Counted from the stretch's first letter, positions 1 to 9,728 are shown. The stretch is DNA of 64,000 bases from Candidatus Eremiobacteria bacterium (GCA_963758295.1 CAVWUU010000004.1:1120001-1184000); one strand, 5' to 3'. Numbers and translations are program-made. The notes: a model not told the origin generated them from the letters alone.

Positions 1-102
1 CTCCTCGCAATCATGGAGAATTACCAAGAAGTCGACGGGAGCATTACCGTTCCCCAGGCGCTGCGCCCTTATACCGGCTTCCACCGGATCACTCGGTCTT
101 AA
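1..102 (+). CDS. serS: Seryl-tRNA synthetase, C-terminal fragment (5' truncated by window)
   Basis: Frame 1 reads [26 protein letters not shown]...stop, matching the conserved SerRS C-terminus (AIxENYQxxDGSIxVPxALRPY). Confidence 0.9.
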   Translation, partial: LLAIMENYQEVDGSITVPQALRPYTGFHRITRS

Positions 103-442
103 GGCGTCCCAACGCGGTGGAAAGCGCGTCGACGGCGTTCGACCGTTCCGGGATCACTTTGCCGGCCGGAAAGAACGCTTCGACGCGAATCACCGTGTGT
201 GTTTCGTCCACCGGCTCGAACGAACAGCGAATGCGCTCGTTATTGATGAGCCCGAAACCCGCTTCGATCAGCCTGCCGGTCCGGTCGTCAACGTAAACGT
301 TCGCCCCGAGCGTCCCGTCGATTTCTTTCAGGCATAGCTCGTAGGCGGCGCCGAAGCCGAGCGGAACTTCCACGTTCCGGTGCGGCCGCAGGCCCACGCG
401 CGACGAGGTTTCCGGACGAAGCCACTTCAGCAAAAACGACAT
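89..442 (-). CDS. Hypothetical protein (~117 aa)
   Basis: Clean ORF; likely start ATG at 442 ([11 protein letters not shown]...). Confidence 0.6.
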   Translation of the reverse strand: MSFLLKWLRPETSSRVGLRPHRNVEVPLGFGAAYELCLKEIDGTLGANVYVDDRTGRLIEAGFGLINNERIRCSFEPVDETHTVIRVEAFFPAGKVIPERSNAVDALSTALGRLKTE

Positions 443-461
443 TATTTTAGAATCCACCGTC

Positions 462-490
462 TTGCATCACGAATTCCTTCATGCTATAGT
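462..490 (+). promoter_or_regulatory. Sigma70-type promoter TTGCAT-N17-TATAGT with extended -10 (TGn)
   Basis: TTGCAT at 462-467, TGcTATAGT at 482-490, 17 bp spacer. Confidence 0.7.
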
Positions 491-500
491 CGCCTCTAAC

Positions 501-578
501 ATGTTCGCCCAGCACGCCACCGTTTCGTATTATTACGGCCGCTTCAATCGGAGCCGGCCCGGTGCGCCATTGCCTTAA
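501..578 (+). CDS. Putative leader peptide MFAQHATVSYYYGRFNRSRPGAPLP (25 aa, three tandem Tyr codons)
   Basis: ATG at 501, TAT TAT TAC at 528-536, TAA at 576-578; lies between the promoter and a terminator. Confidence 0.7.
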   Translation: MFAQHATVSYYYGRFNRSRPGAPLP

Positions 579-600
579 GCGAACTCCATCGCCAAATGCA

Positions 601-634
601 AAAGCCGCCTCGCCGACGCGAGGCGGTTTTTTTC
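601..634 (+). terminator. Intrinsic terminator (attenuator) in the 5' leader of the 666..1472 gene
   Basis: Stem CCGCCTCGC (605-613) / loop CGAC / GCGAGGCGG (618-626) followed by T7. Confidence 0.85.
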
Positions 635-665
635 TTCCCTCAGCTCCAAGAAATCGAGGACTCCA

Positions 666-1472
666 ATGCAAAGCGCCCACGCCGTTCAGCCCAGTTCGGA
701 TCTCGAAGCCTTTAGGCTCGAGGTTGCGCAAACGATCGAAAAGCACCCGATCGTGCGCGAAAACCGCTACACGCGCTGGTTTGCAAACGGAGAAGCGACG
801 ATCGAACAGCTTCGAGCTTTCACGGTTCAGTTTTCCGTGTTCAGCCATCTCTTCATCGAAGCGCAGCTGCGCAAATGCATTAACGCCGCGAGCATGGAGA
901 GTTACCGCGCCGGCAAAGAGATTCTCATGAATGAGCTAGGCGTGGTTTTTACGCCGAACGGCAGCATCGAAGGCGGCACGTTCCGATTTCGCGCCGGCCA
1001 CTTTGAATGGCTCGCCGAGTTTGCGGCGACGCTCGGCTTATCGTGGAGCGAGATCGGGAAACGGCGCCACGGCTGGGCGACGACCGTCGGATTCTGCGAC
1101 GCGCTCATGGAGTGGTACGGCTCCGACGACGAGTCCGTCGCGGCCGGCGCATCCTTCGCCATCGAGCACTGGGCCGCAGCCGGATTTTGGAAAGAGCTCA
1201 TAGCCGGCTTGAAACACCTCAAGCACACGCGCATGCCGGACATGCCGCTTGGCTTCTGGACCTGGCACGACGCGCTCGAAGATCAACACGCCGCGCATAC
1301 GGACGATGAATTGGCGGCGGCGTTCGCACGTGAGGACTTTTCCGCCGATCGATTTATCGCCGCCGGGACGGCCATCTTAGACGCCGTCGCGGCTTTCTGG
1401 GACGGCCTTGAGGGTCAGCGCCAGATTTCGCGCACCGTGGTGCTGCGCTCGGCCGCGTCGACGCCGCGATAG
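666..1472 (+). CDS. Heme-oxygenase-like diiron oxidase (TenA/PqqC/CADD-like iron-containing redox enzyme)
   Basis: KHP...RWFANGEATIEQLRAF N-terminal helix; candidate ligands NELG...GHFEWL, FAIEHW, WHDALEDQHAAH; SD GAGGA. Confidence 0.75.
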   Translation: MQSAHAVQPSSDLEAFRLEVAQTIEKHPIVRENRYTRWFANGEATIEQLRAFTVQFSVFSHLFIEAQLRKCINAASMESYRAGKEILMNELGVVFTPNGSIEGGTFRFRAGHFEWLAEFAATLGLSWSEIGKRRHGWATTVGFCDALMEWYGSDDESVAAGASFAIEHWAAAGFWKELIAGLKHLKHTRMPDMPLGFWTWHDALEDQHAAHTDDELAAAFAREDFSADRFIAAGTAILDAVAAFWDGLEGQRQISRTVVLRSAASTPR

Positions 1473-2008
1473 GATTGCATGACGCGATCCATCGCCGGAT
1501 TGGTGACGCCGAACCAAAGATGTTCATTCTTGAAGTGATGCCAGAGGTGGTACTTCTTCATGTACCGGCCCATGGCGGTCTTCGGAACGAACGGCACGTG
1601 CGCAACGTAGTGAACCCACTCGTAAAATGCGAGGCCAAGGAACGTCCCGAAAATCAACGAGAGCGCAATCCCGACGTCGCGTGCGATCGCGAAGTACAAC
1701 GCGAAATACGCGAGCCCGGTCGGAATAACGAACCACCAAGGCAAAAACAGCAGTTCGAGTTTCGGGGGGTCGATGTGATGGTCGTAATGCAGACGATGCT
1801 GCAGCTTGAGAATCCAGTTCGCCTTCGAGGGCCGGGCGTGGAAGAGAAAGCGATGTGTCGAGTACTCCGACGTGAAGAATACGAGCGCCCCGACGAGCGC
1901 AGCGAACGGCGCAAACGGAAAAGCGTGCTCCGCAAAGCTTGCGGCCAGAACTGCGAGCGCGCCGAAAAGCAGCGCGTTGCTGCCATGTCTGAAGAACGCC
2001 GCTATCAC
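1415..2008 (-). CDS. Fatty acid hydroxylase / sterol desaturase family membrane protein
   Basis: His boxes HRFLFH, HRLHYDHH, HYVAH, HLWHH; transmembrane segments. Confidence 0.85.
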   Translation of the reverse strand: MIAAFFRHGSNALLFGALAVLAASFAEHAFPFAPFAALVGALVFFTSEYSTHRFLFHARPSKANWILKLQHRLHYDHHIDPPKLELLFLPWWFVIPTGLAYFALYFAIARDVGIALSLIFGTFLGLAFYEWVHYVAHVPFVPKTAMGRYMKKYHLWHHFKNEHLWFGVTNPAMDRVMQSYRGVDAAERSTTVREIWR

Positions 2009-2934
2009 GCCGGCGTCCGGATCAAATCGAGGAGTCCCTGACGGTCTAAGTAGCGGATGTGTCCACGTTCGCGTTTGAGAAGACCGCGAAGCTCGAGCTC
2101 CGCGATCGCGCGTGCGGCAACTTCTTTCACCGTGCCTGCCGCGGCCGCGATTTGCGACTGCGTGAGGTTCGGCAACGGCGCTGTTGCCGGCGCAAGACCC
2201 TTCTCGGCAACGGCGTATTGGACAAGCACGCCGGCAATTCTAGAGAGGATCGGCTGCGTCGATTGCGATGACAGCATTTCGACCAGCAGGCGCGCGCGCT
2301 GCGCACCAATCCGAGCCAGGGAGACGAAGACGTCCGGATGCATTGCTGCCGCGTTCCGAACGGCTTCGTACGGGATGCGAAAGAAACGAGCCGTTTTGCT
2401 GAGCACGATAGTGCGCCCAAGCGTCCGCCCGTTATCGAAAAACTCCGTTTCACCGAAGATCTCACCCGCGGCGATTTCGTAGAAAATCCGATTGCGCGAG
2501 GCGGATCCGGATGCGAGTGCGAGCGTTCCTTCGACGACCATGCCGATCGCGGGCGATTCGGAATTTTCCGGCGCGATCGTATTTCCACGGCGGACCGTGT
2601 GCACCGTCGCCGCGTTCGCCAGCGCGTGCAACGCCAGCTCCGGAAGGTCGCAGAAGACCGGCGACCGGCCTAGCAACGCGGATTGCGAGGTATCGACGCC
2701 CCCTTTCGGGCGCCGCAGAGTTACGTGCCACTCTTCTGCGCCGACGCGATGCGGTGCGAGCAACAACTCACCCTGGCGGCTCTGCTGCAAGCTGGCAGTC
2801 AGTCCACGGGGTTCATTCTCGGTTACGACAGTGAGCATTTCACCGTCGGTGAGGCGATCGAACGCCTCGAAGACGGCGCTCGGGCGATCCCAAACCGGCA
2901 GTCCGCGCAAATCGATACGAGCCATTTGAAGCAT
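2005..2934 (-). CDS. Crp/Fnr family regulator with N-terminal DUF2249-like domain
   Basis: IDLRGLP..FEAFDRL..GE..NEPRGL N-domain; cNMP-binding GEIFGE; HTH LTQSQIAAAAGTVKEVAARAIAEL. Confidence 0.85.
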   Translation of the reverse strand: MLQMARIDLRGLPVWDRPSAVFEAFDRLTDGEMLTVVTENEPRGLTASLQQSRQGELLLAPHRVGAEEWHVTLRRPKGGVDTSQSALLGRSPVFCDLPELALHALANAATVHTVRRGNTIAPENSESPAIGMVVEGTLALASGSASRNRIFYEIAAGEIFGETEFFDNGRTLGRTIVLSKTARFFRIPYEAVRNAAAMHPDVFVSLARIGAQRARLLVEMLSSQSTQPILSRIAGVLVQYAVAEKGLAPATAPLPNLTQSQIAAAAGTVKEVAARAIAELELRGLLKRERGHIRYLDRQGLLDLIRTPA

Positions 2935-2963
2935 TACGACGATTTCTCGGCCTAATTCTTCCT

Positions 2964-3533
2964 CTACTGCCGCTGTTTCATGGGCGGCGGCAGCTTATCG
3001 GGCGGAACGAGTTCGGCCGGATTTTTCATGGCTTTCCACTTCTTGTCGGGGCCCGGCGGTAGTTTGTCCATGTGCTTGAGGAACAGGGACACTTCCCACA
3101 ACTGCGTGTCACTTAGCGAGTTGCTGAAACTGGGCATGCCGGTAAGACGAATGCCGTGCCTAACCTTCCAATACGTTTCCCCTTCCGGGTCGTCTTCGAC
3201 ACCATGTTTCGGAAGCAACGGCGCTTTCTGGTAAAGCCCGAAGCCGATATTGGAAGGCCGGGCGTCCGAGGCGCCGTGACAAACGATGCAGTTGTCGCCG
3301 TAAATTTTGATGCCGTCTTCAAGCGTCGCATCGTTCAATGCTACGGGAGGCTGCGTTTTCGGCGCTTCACGATCGATCGTTGCGCGCAGCGAGGAGCCCG
3401 CGGCCCAACGTTCGAGTTTTCCGGGCCGGGCGTCGGCGTTTGCCGGGATCAACGTGCCGGTTGTTACGCCGATGTAGGCACCGGCTGCTAGAACCAGCAA
3501 TGTAACGACGATTCCGAGGATAAATCCCTTCAC
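2964..3533 (-). CDS. Membrane-anchored c-type cytochrome
   Basis: CIVCH heme motif, GIRLTGMPSF; GTG start at 3533 with SD GGAGGA. Confidence 0.85.
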   Translation of the reverse strand: MKGFILGIVVTLLVLAAGAYIGVTTGTLIPANADARPGKLERWAAGSSLRATIDREAPKTQPPVALNDATLEDGIKIYGDNCIVCHGASDARPSNIGFGLYQKAPLLPKHGVEDDPEGETYWKVRHGIRLTGMPSFSNSLSDTQLWEVSLFLKHMDKLPPGPDKKWKAMKNPAELVPPDKLPPPMKQRQ

Positions 3534-3612
3534 GATTGCTTCCTCCGTGGGCGAGGCAAGATTCACTTTCCGCACAATTGTTCCCGCGCAAACATTTTTC
3601 GAGGCCAGCACT

Positions 3613-4524
3613 ATGACTACCGCAAAAGCGCAGTTTCCCGACGAACAGTCCGCGGACGGCGCGTTCGAGCGCCAGGGCGATGCCTTTCGCGACTGGGTAA
3701 CGGCGGATGGCAGTTCAGGGTTCCCCGCCGAGCCGAACCGTTACCGGCTCTACGTTTCTTACGCGTGTCCGTGGGCGCATCGCACCCTTATCGTTCGGGC
3801 GCTCAAAGGCTTGCAAAAAGCCATCGACGTAGCGGTCATGGATCCGGTTCGCGACGAACGCGGATGGCATCACGGCGATTTTTTCTTGAGCGAGCTTTAT
3901 ACTGCGAGTGATCCGGCCTATGATGCGCGCGTTACGGTTCCCGTTCTCTGGGACACCAAAACCAATAAAATCGTGAGCAACTCCGACGACGACATCATGC
4001 GGATGTTCGAAACGCAGTTTAACGCAGTTGGCAACGATCTCGATCTTTATCCTCTCGAGCATCGCGCCGAGATAGACGCGCTCAACGCGCGGATCTATGA
4101 TAAGGTCAATGACGGCGTTTATAAGGCCGGTTTCGCAACGGAACAGCGGCCTTACGAGCGCGCCGCCTATGCGGTTTTCGAAATGCTCGACGAACTGGAC
4201 GAACGTCTTACCACGCGGCGCTTCCTTTTCGGCGCGCGGCCGCTCGAAACTGATTGGCGTCTCTTCGTAACCTTGATTCGGTTTGACGCGGTTTACGCGG
4301 GCCATTTCAAGTGTAACTTGCGGCGAATCGCCGATTATCTGAATCTTTCCGGCTATTTACGCGACTTGTATCAAATTCCGGGAGTCGCCGAAACGGTCAA
4401 CTTCGATCACATCAAACGCCACTATTACTACACGCACGACGACATCAATCCAACGCGCATCGTGCCGATTGGACCGGAACTCGATTTGATTTCGCCGCCC
4501 AACCGCGAACATCTGTGCGCCTAA
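3613..4524 (+). CDS. Glutathionyl-hydroquinone reductase (omega/xi-class GST, YqjG/ECM4-like)
   Basis: YRLYVSYACPWAHR, VTVPVLWD, HIKRHYY, INPTRIVPIGP motifs. Confidence 0.9.
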   Translation: MTTAKAQFPDEQSADGAFERQGDAFRDWVTADGSSGFPAEPNRYRLYVSYACPWAHRTLIVRALKGLQKAIDVAVMDPVRDERGWHHGDFFLSELYTASDPAYDARVTVPVLWDTKTNKIVSNSDDDIMRMFETQFNAVGNDLDLYPLEHRAEIDALNARIYDKVNDGVYKAGFATEQRPYERAAYAVFEMLDELDERLTTRRFLFGARPLETDWRLFVTLIRFDAVYAGHFKCNLRRIADYLNLSGYLRDLYQIPGVAETVNFDHIKRHYYYTHDDINPTRIVPIGPELDLISPPNREHLCA

Positions 4525-4543
4525 GGCCTTTGCAAACGTCATG

Positions 4544-4578
4544 AAAAAGGCGTCCGCTTGACGGACGCCTTTTCTTTT
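4544..4578. terminator. Bidirectional intrinsic terminator between convergent genes
   Basis: AAAAAGGCGTCCG-cttga-CGGACGCCTTTTCTTTT. Confidence 0.85.
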
Positions 4579-4592
4579 CGACGAGATGCGCG

Positions 4593-5267
4593 TTATTGAC
4601 GCGGCGGACGGGCAACCCAGTTCGTCTTCTTATGATGGCGATTGCTGGCGACAACCCCCGGACGGTTAAATTTATTGAGCCAGTCCGAGCCGTTCGGATT
4701 CGAACGGAGCATGTCTTGATTCTGCATCGCAGGCGCCGGAGCGCTGTTGTATTGGGTGTTAGTGGACGGCGCAGGCGCGGTCATCGTACCGGTCGCCGGA
4801 GCAGTCGTCGTATTCGTCGTGTTCGTCGTCGTGGTGCTGTTGCTCGACGGAGTCGTCGTCGTGCCGGTCGCGTTGTTTTGGGTGTCGACGCCGTTCGGGC
4901 TCGCATTCGCGCTTCCGTTCGATCCGGGCTTCGGCAACTCGTGCACGGTGGTGCCGGTGACGGAGGTGCCGGTCCCGGGTTTAGTAACGGTTTGCGTGCT
5001 TTGGCTCGCACCCGCTCCTTCAGTGGTCACAGTTCCGCAATTGCTGTTGGTCCCGGTGCTGCTCGTGGTCGAGCTAGTATCGGTCGAGCCGCTGGAGGTT
5101 TGCGTGCTGGGATTGGTCGCTTGACCGGTACTCGTGGTTCCCTGCGGACACGTTGTTTGCGTGTTCGTGTTTGGCGTCGATTGCTGCGCCAGTCCCGGTG
5201 CCGCCGTCGAAAGCAAGGCGGCAAATCCCAGAAGGGCCATTCCGGACATGACTTTGCTTGATCTCAT
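4593..5267 (-). CDS. Secreted Thr/Ser/Asn-rich low-complexity protein
   Basis: Signal peptide (…TAAPGLA|QQ), T/S/N-rich body, SD CAGGAG upstream. Confidence 0.7.
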   Translation of the reverse strand: MRSSKVMSGMALLGFAALLSTAAPGLAQQSTPNTNTQTTCPQGTTSTGQATNPSTQTSSGSTDTSSTTSSTGTNSNCGTVTTEGAGASQSTQTVTKPGTGTSVTGTTVHELPKPGSNGSANASPNGVDTQNNATGTTTTPSSNSTTTTNTTNTTTAPATGTMTAPAPSTNTQYNSAPAPAMQNQDMLRSNPNGSDWLNKFNRPGVVASNRHHKKTNWVARPPRQ

Positions 5268-5381
5268 GCTGTGCTGCGCTCCTGATGTGGTGAATGAATA
5301 TGCTCATCACCCGTTACCCGGTTTCGCAAGAAACGCATGAGTAAAGCGTAAGCTTACTGACGCTTTGGGTAGAGTTCGCGC

Positions 5382-6275
5382 ATGAAATCATACGATGCCG
5401 TCATTGCCGGCGGAGGCGCTGCGGGATTGAGCGCCGCGTTGGTTTTGGGGCGCGCGCGCAGACGCGTGCTTGTAGTTGACGGCGGTGCACCAAGAAACCG
5501 CACGGCGAGGGAGTTGCACGGGTACTTGTCGTGCGATGGAATGTCGCCCGACGCGTTGCTCACGAGCGCCCGCGAGCAACTGCAGATTTACGGCGTCGAA
5601 TTTCACCACGGCGTCGTTCACGAGATACGCGCAAACGGATCCGCCTTTGCCGTGACTGCCGGCGGCACGGAGGAGTTCATCGCGCGCAGCGTCATTTTGG
5701 CGACGGGCGTATACGACGTGCTCCCAGAGGTCGAAGGTCTGAACGAGGCGTGGGGCAAGAGCGTTTTTACGTGTCCGTACTGCGACGGATGGGAAGTGCG
5801 CGATCGCAAGCTCGCCGCGTGGGGAACCACTCGCAGCGGCGTCGAGCTGGCACGAGAACTCTATCAATGGAGCAAGAACCTTCTCGTGTGCAGTGATCTT
5901 CGCACCCCCCTGAGCGATGACGAGCGCTCCTGGATGAACGAGTGCACGGTGCGGGTCAAAGAGTCGCCGATCCGCCGCTTGGTAAGCCGTGATGGCGTAC
6001 TATCGCATATAGAGTTCGAAGACGGGGAAACAATCGAACGCGATGCGCTGTTCTTGTGTGTGCCCCTTGCTCAGAATTCCGATCTTGCGGAGAAGCTTGG
6101 TTGTAATATGACGATTCAGGGGCGCATCGACGTAGACAACGAGTACCGGACGAGCGTTCCGAAATGCTATGCCGCCGGCGACGCGGTGACGCACTTACAT
6201 CAAATCGTTTTTGCCGCCGCGAGCGGTGCTCGCGCAGCAATTTCGCTGAACGAAGACCTAATGGGAGAGAGGTAA
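5382..6275 (+). CDS. Thioredoxin-reductase-like NAD(P)/FAD oxidoreductase
   Basis: GGGAAG, ILATG, CPYC, YAAGD motifs. Confidence 0.9.
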   Translation: MKSYDAVIAGGGAAGLSAALVLGRARRRVLVVDGGAPRNRTARELHGYLSCDGMSPDALLTSAREQLQIYGVEFHHGVVHEIRANGSAFAVTAGGTEEFIARSVILATGVYDVLPEVEGLNEAWGKSVFTCPYCDGWEVRDRKLAAWGTTRSGVELARELYQWSKNLLVCSDLRTPLSDDERSWMNECTVRVKESPIRRLVSRDGVLSHIEFEDGETIERDALFLCVPLAQNSDLAEKLGCNMTIQGRIDVDNEYRTSVPKCYAAGDAVTHLHQIVFAAASGARAAISLNEDLMGER

Positions 6276-6280
6276 CTTTT

Positions 6281-6637
6281 ATGGCCAATGCGACTGCGGC
6301 CCTCGATCTGAACAAGACGCCTCCGCGCAGCGGACGAGAAATGGTGGGCCGCTACGCCTGGCTCGGACGTCTTGCCGACAAAGCACGGGCCGAATTCGCC
6401 GGCACGGGCGGTGATTACGTAGCGTACTGCCCGCTTTCCATGGGATTTTTAGAGCGGGCGGGCGTTTCGCAAAACGTGTTCGAGCAAATGATCGAGCAAA
6501 ACGCGACGGACGAACAGTTCGTATCGTATTTCGACAAACACGTTTCCGATACGAACCGTGAAGCTGCAAATCGCTACGTGCTCGACGAGTCGCGCTCGCA
6601 TTTGGACGAGCAAGACGCCGAAGAAGGCCGCGCTTAG
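6281..6637 (+). CDS. DUF5069-like protein
   Basis: LDL..PPRSGRE..G.YAWLGRLADKARA...DY..YCPL pattern. Confidence 0.7.
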   Translation: MANATAALDLNKTPPRSGREMVGRYAWLGRLADKARAEFAGTGGDYVAYCPLSMGFLERAGVSQNVFEQMIEQNATDEQFVSYFDKHVSDTNREAANRYVLDESRSHLDEQDAEEGRA

Positions 6638-7452
6638 CCGCCGACGCCCACGGGCGCATGACCGAAGAACGGCGGAATGAAGTGTCCGGCTAGATACGAT
6701 AGCGCGAAAACGACGCAGCCGAAGAGCACGATTTCAAAACCCTTGCCGACCGGGCTGCGATGACTGAGCGTACCCGCGTAGTAGCCGACGCTGAAGAGTC
6801 CGATGACCGCCAAAATCAAGGCCATCACGGTCGACACACCCATGGAAAGCGGCAAGAGAAAAGCGACGATCGGAATCAGCGATCCGCCCGCAAACGACAG
6901 ACCCATCGCGATCGGGCCGCGCAATCCGGTTTCCTCGGCGTCGCGCGGGTCGATGCCGAATTCGTCGCGTACCATTTCGTAGAGGTAGATGTCCGGGTGT
7001 TGCGTGAGGCGTGAAACAATCATCTGTGCCTCTTCCGCGCTGAAGCCTTTGAGCTTGTAGTAAGCCACTTGCTCGGCGAACTCGCCTTGCGGGTCGGTGG
7101 CCATCTCTTGCTTTTCTTTGCTAATTGCCGCCTGAACGACCTCACGCTCGGATTTGCCGCCGAGATACTCGCCGACACCCATCGAGAGGGCGCCGGCCAA
7201 CAGCGCCAGGAACCCGCTGATAAAGACGGCGGAGCGCGCGCCTTCGGCGACGCCGACGCCGGTGATGATGCCGAGGGTCGTGAGAATGCCGTCTTGCACG
7301 CCGAACACGACTTCGCGAACGCTGCGCTGCTTCTCTAAATTGCGCCGCTCGATGGTGTCCGGAATGCGCGGCTTGACGCGCTCCCAGCCGGGCACGTCGA
7401 CGACGACGTCGCGAATGGGCGGCGTAAGATTGTCGTTCACGGACTCGTCCAT
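6634..7452 (-). CDS. VIT1/CCC1 family iron/manganese transporter
   Basis: EVVFGVQDGILTT, AGALSMGVGEYLG motifs. Confidence 0.9.
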   Translation of the reverse strand: MDESVNDNLTPPIRDVVVDVPGWERVKPRIPDTIERRNLEKQRSVREVVFGVQDGILTTLGIITGVGVAEGARSAVFISGFLALLAGALSMGVGEYLGGKSEREVVQAAISKEKQEMATDPQGEFAEQVAYYKLKGFSAEEAQMIVSRLTQHPDIYLYEMVRDEFGIDPRDAEETGLRGPIAMGLSFAGGSLIPIVAFLLPLSMGVSTVMALILAVIGLFSVGYYAGTLSHRSPVGKGFEIVLFGCVVFALSYLAGHFIPPFFGHAPVGVGG

Positions 7453-7511
7453 GGTCGCGCAATTCCGCAGTGCCCATCCCCACTCCGGCTGCGCTGCCTA
7501 TTTAGGCGTGC

Positions 7512-9372
7512 CTAGATCGGGATGCGCACGCCGAAACGCATCACGCGTTCCGTCGGAAGCCCAAGCCGGTCGGTGCGCGACCTCGCATTGCGCGAGAGCA
7601 GGACGAAGAGCGAGCGCTGCCACGCGGGAAGCCCGTTCGACGAGGTGTCCGCGACGATACTCGGTGACGGCAGATAATACGTCACGGTTTCCGGTTCGAC
7701 GCTTGGGATTTCTTTGTGCAGCGCTTGCACGATGTCGTCGATGCACGATTCTTCCATAAAGCCGTACACGGCACGCACGCGTACGAGCTGAGCCGAGAGG
7801 GGTTCGATCTCTATTCTGTCGGCATTCGGAACGTAGGGGCGGCTGACGTTCTTGATCGTCAATAGGACGACGGTGCGCAAAGGCATATGTTCGGTGGTCC
7901 ACCAATTGCGGAGCGTTTCCGGAATGCCGCGACCGTCCTCGGTGAAGAGCACCGCAGTTCCCTCCGATTGGCCCGGCCGAACGAGATGCGCAAATTCCGT
8001 TAGCGGCAAGCTGTGATCGCGCAAGAAGGCCATCAACCGGCGGCGTCCGCGGTTCCACGTAACGAACAGCGTGAAGAGCACGAGCGCAATTGCGAGCGGC
8101 AGCCATCCGCCGCTCAAGACTTTCGAAAAATTCCCGACTAGGAAGGGCAGGTCGAACGACGCGAAAAGCGCCGTCAGTAAAACCGTCTCCCATAGCGGGT
8201 CGTGCCGCTTTCGCGAAAGGGCCGCGTAGGCGATGGTCGTGCAGGCCATCGTTACCGAGACGGCAAGACCATACGCACCGGCGAGCGCCGCAGACGACCG
8301 GAATGCAAGAACGATGGCGATGCAGCCGATGCCGAGCGCAAGGTTCACGCTCGGAATAAAGATTTGTCCGCCCTCGCGCCGCGAGGTGTGGATCGTGCGG
8401 AATCGCGGCACGAAACCGAGCTGTGTCTGCTTGATGCGTGAGCGAGAAGACGCCGGAGATCAGGGCCTGTGAGGCGATCACGGTTGCGACGGTCGAAAGA
8501 ACTACCATTGGAACGATCAGCTGCTGCGGATAGAGCGCAAAAAAGGCGTTTTGCAGCGAGCGCGGCGATTCGAGCGCGTTGGCGCCTTGGCCAAAGTAGT
8601 TCAACAGCAGCGATGGAAACACAATCGCATACCACGCCAAGGTGATTGGCCGCCGGCCGAAATGCGCGAGATCGGCATAGAGCGCTTCCGCCCCGGTGAC
8701 GCACAAAACAACCGCCGCAAAAATCACAACCGACGAAAGACCGTTGTGCAGGAAGAATTCCACGGCGAAGTACGGGCTAAGCGCGCGAATGACGCCCGGA
8801 TGTCGAAACACCGCTGCCGCGCCGGCTACGGCAATCGCTGCGAACCATACCACCATCACGGGGCCAAACAGTTTGCCGATTTTGCCCGTGCCACGGCTCT
8901 GTAATGCAAACAATAGGATCAGAACCGCGACCGCAAGCGGAACGACGAAGCGGTGTGCCTCACTCGTCCACACTTCGAGTCCTTCGATCGCCGATACAAC
9001 CGAAATGGCCGGCGTAATAGCGCCGTCACCGTAAAGCGCTGCGCCTCCGAAGAGGGCGATCATCGTAATTCCCGTGAGCGCGACGCTGCCGCCCGGACGG
9101 CTCGCCGCGACTTTAGCCAGCAGCGCGAGAATGCCACCTTCGCCGTCGTAATCGGCTCGTAACATAACGGTTACGTACTTGATGCAAACGACCACGATCA
9201 GCGCCCACGTGATAAGCGATAAAATACCAAGCACGTTGCGCGTATTCGGTAAGAACGAATGCGAAAAACATTGCGAGAAGGCGTAGAGCGGGCTCGTTCC
9301 GATATCGCCAAAGACAACGCCCAGCGCACCGAGCGCCAATGCGGCCATGCGACGATTGCTTTGGAGCGCCAT
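7512..9372 (-). CDS. kup: KUP/HAK/KT potassium transporter (one frameshift near 8428, probably an assembly error)
   Basis: GVVFGDIGTSPLYA, GAEALYADLAHF, ASQALISG; continues in another frame as QLGFVPRFRTIHTS...GGWLPL. Confidence 0.9.
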
Positions 9373-9461
9373 GCAAACGTCGCTTACCCAGAAGAGCGGC
9401 TCGTACCACCCGGGACAGGACCCGGGTCCGCGTTTAAGAAAACTCGCGTTCGTCCGTCCCG

Positions 9462-9549
9462 GGATGGGTGGCAGAGCGGTTTAATGCAGAAGTCTTGAAA
9501 ACTTCCGAACGTGATGAGCGTTCCGTCGGTTCGAATCCGACCCCATCCT
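9462..9549 (+). tRNA. tRNA-Ser(UGA), long variable arm, CCA not encoded
   Basis: Acceptor stem GGATGGG/CCCATCC, anticodon arm GAAGT-CTTGAAA-ACTTC, T-loop GGTTCGAATCC. Confidence 0.95.
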
Positions 9550-9569
9550 TATTTTCCGCCGGAGGGCCG

Positions 9570-9728
9570 ATGAGCGAGCGCGACATTCCTCACGAGATCA
9601 ATCGAGAACTCTTTCTCGATCCAGCGGTCGACGTAGATGACAGCGAGGCGTACGAAACGCTCAAAGAGTTCCACGAGAAAGAACTTTCGCGTGACGAGGA
9701 CGAGAAAAAGAGCTCGGGACCGCGTTGA
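9570..9728 (+). CDS. Small acidic hypothetical protein (52 aa)
   Basis: SD GGAGGG, ATG at 9570; stop overlaps the TTG start of the next gene. Confidence 0.55.
   Translation: MSERDIPHEINRELFLDPAVDVDDSEAYETLKEFHEKELSRDEDEKKSSGPR

Noticed and set aside
666..1472. Calling the gene pqqC, tenA or CADD-type pABA synthase
   Set aside because: No pqq, thi or fol neighbours, and by-eye comparison does not clearly place the CADD sacrificial Tyr. Only the superfamily assignment is supportable.
8400..8450. Programmed frameshift or pseudogene in kup (likewise kynA near 18075 and suhB near 21180)
   Set aside because: Isolated single-base indels with no slippery sequence, in a contig with many indel errors; both halves of each gene are well conserved.
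9462..9549. Selenocysteine/suppressor tRNA, or an integration site for an island
   Set aside because: The anticodon is UGA (reads UCA, Ser), not UCA. No integrase or duplicated tRNA 3' end was seen.
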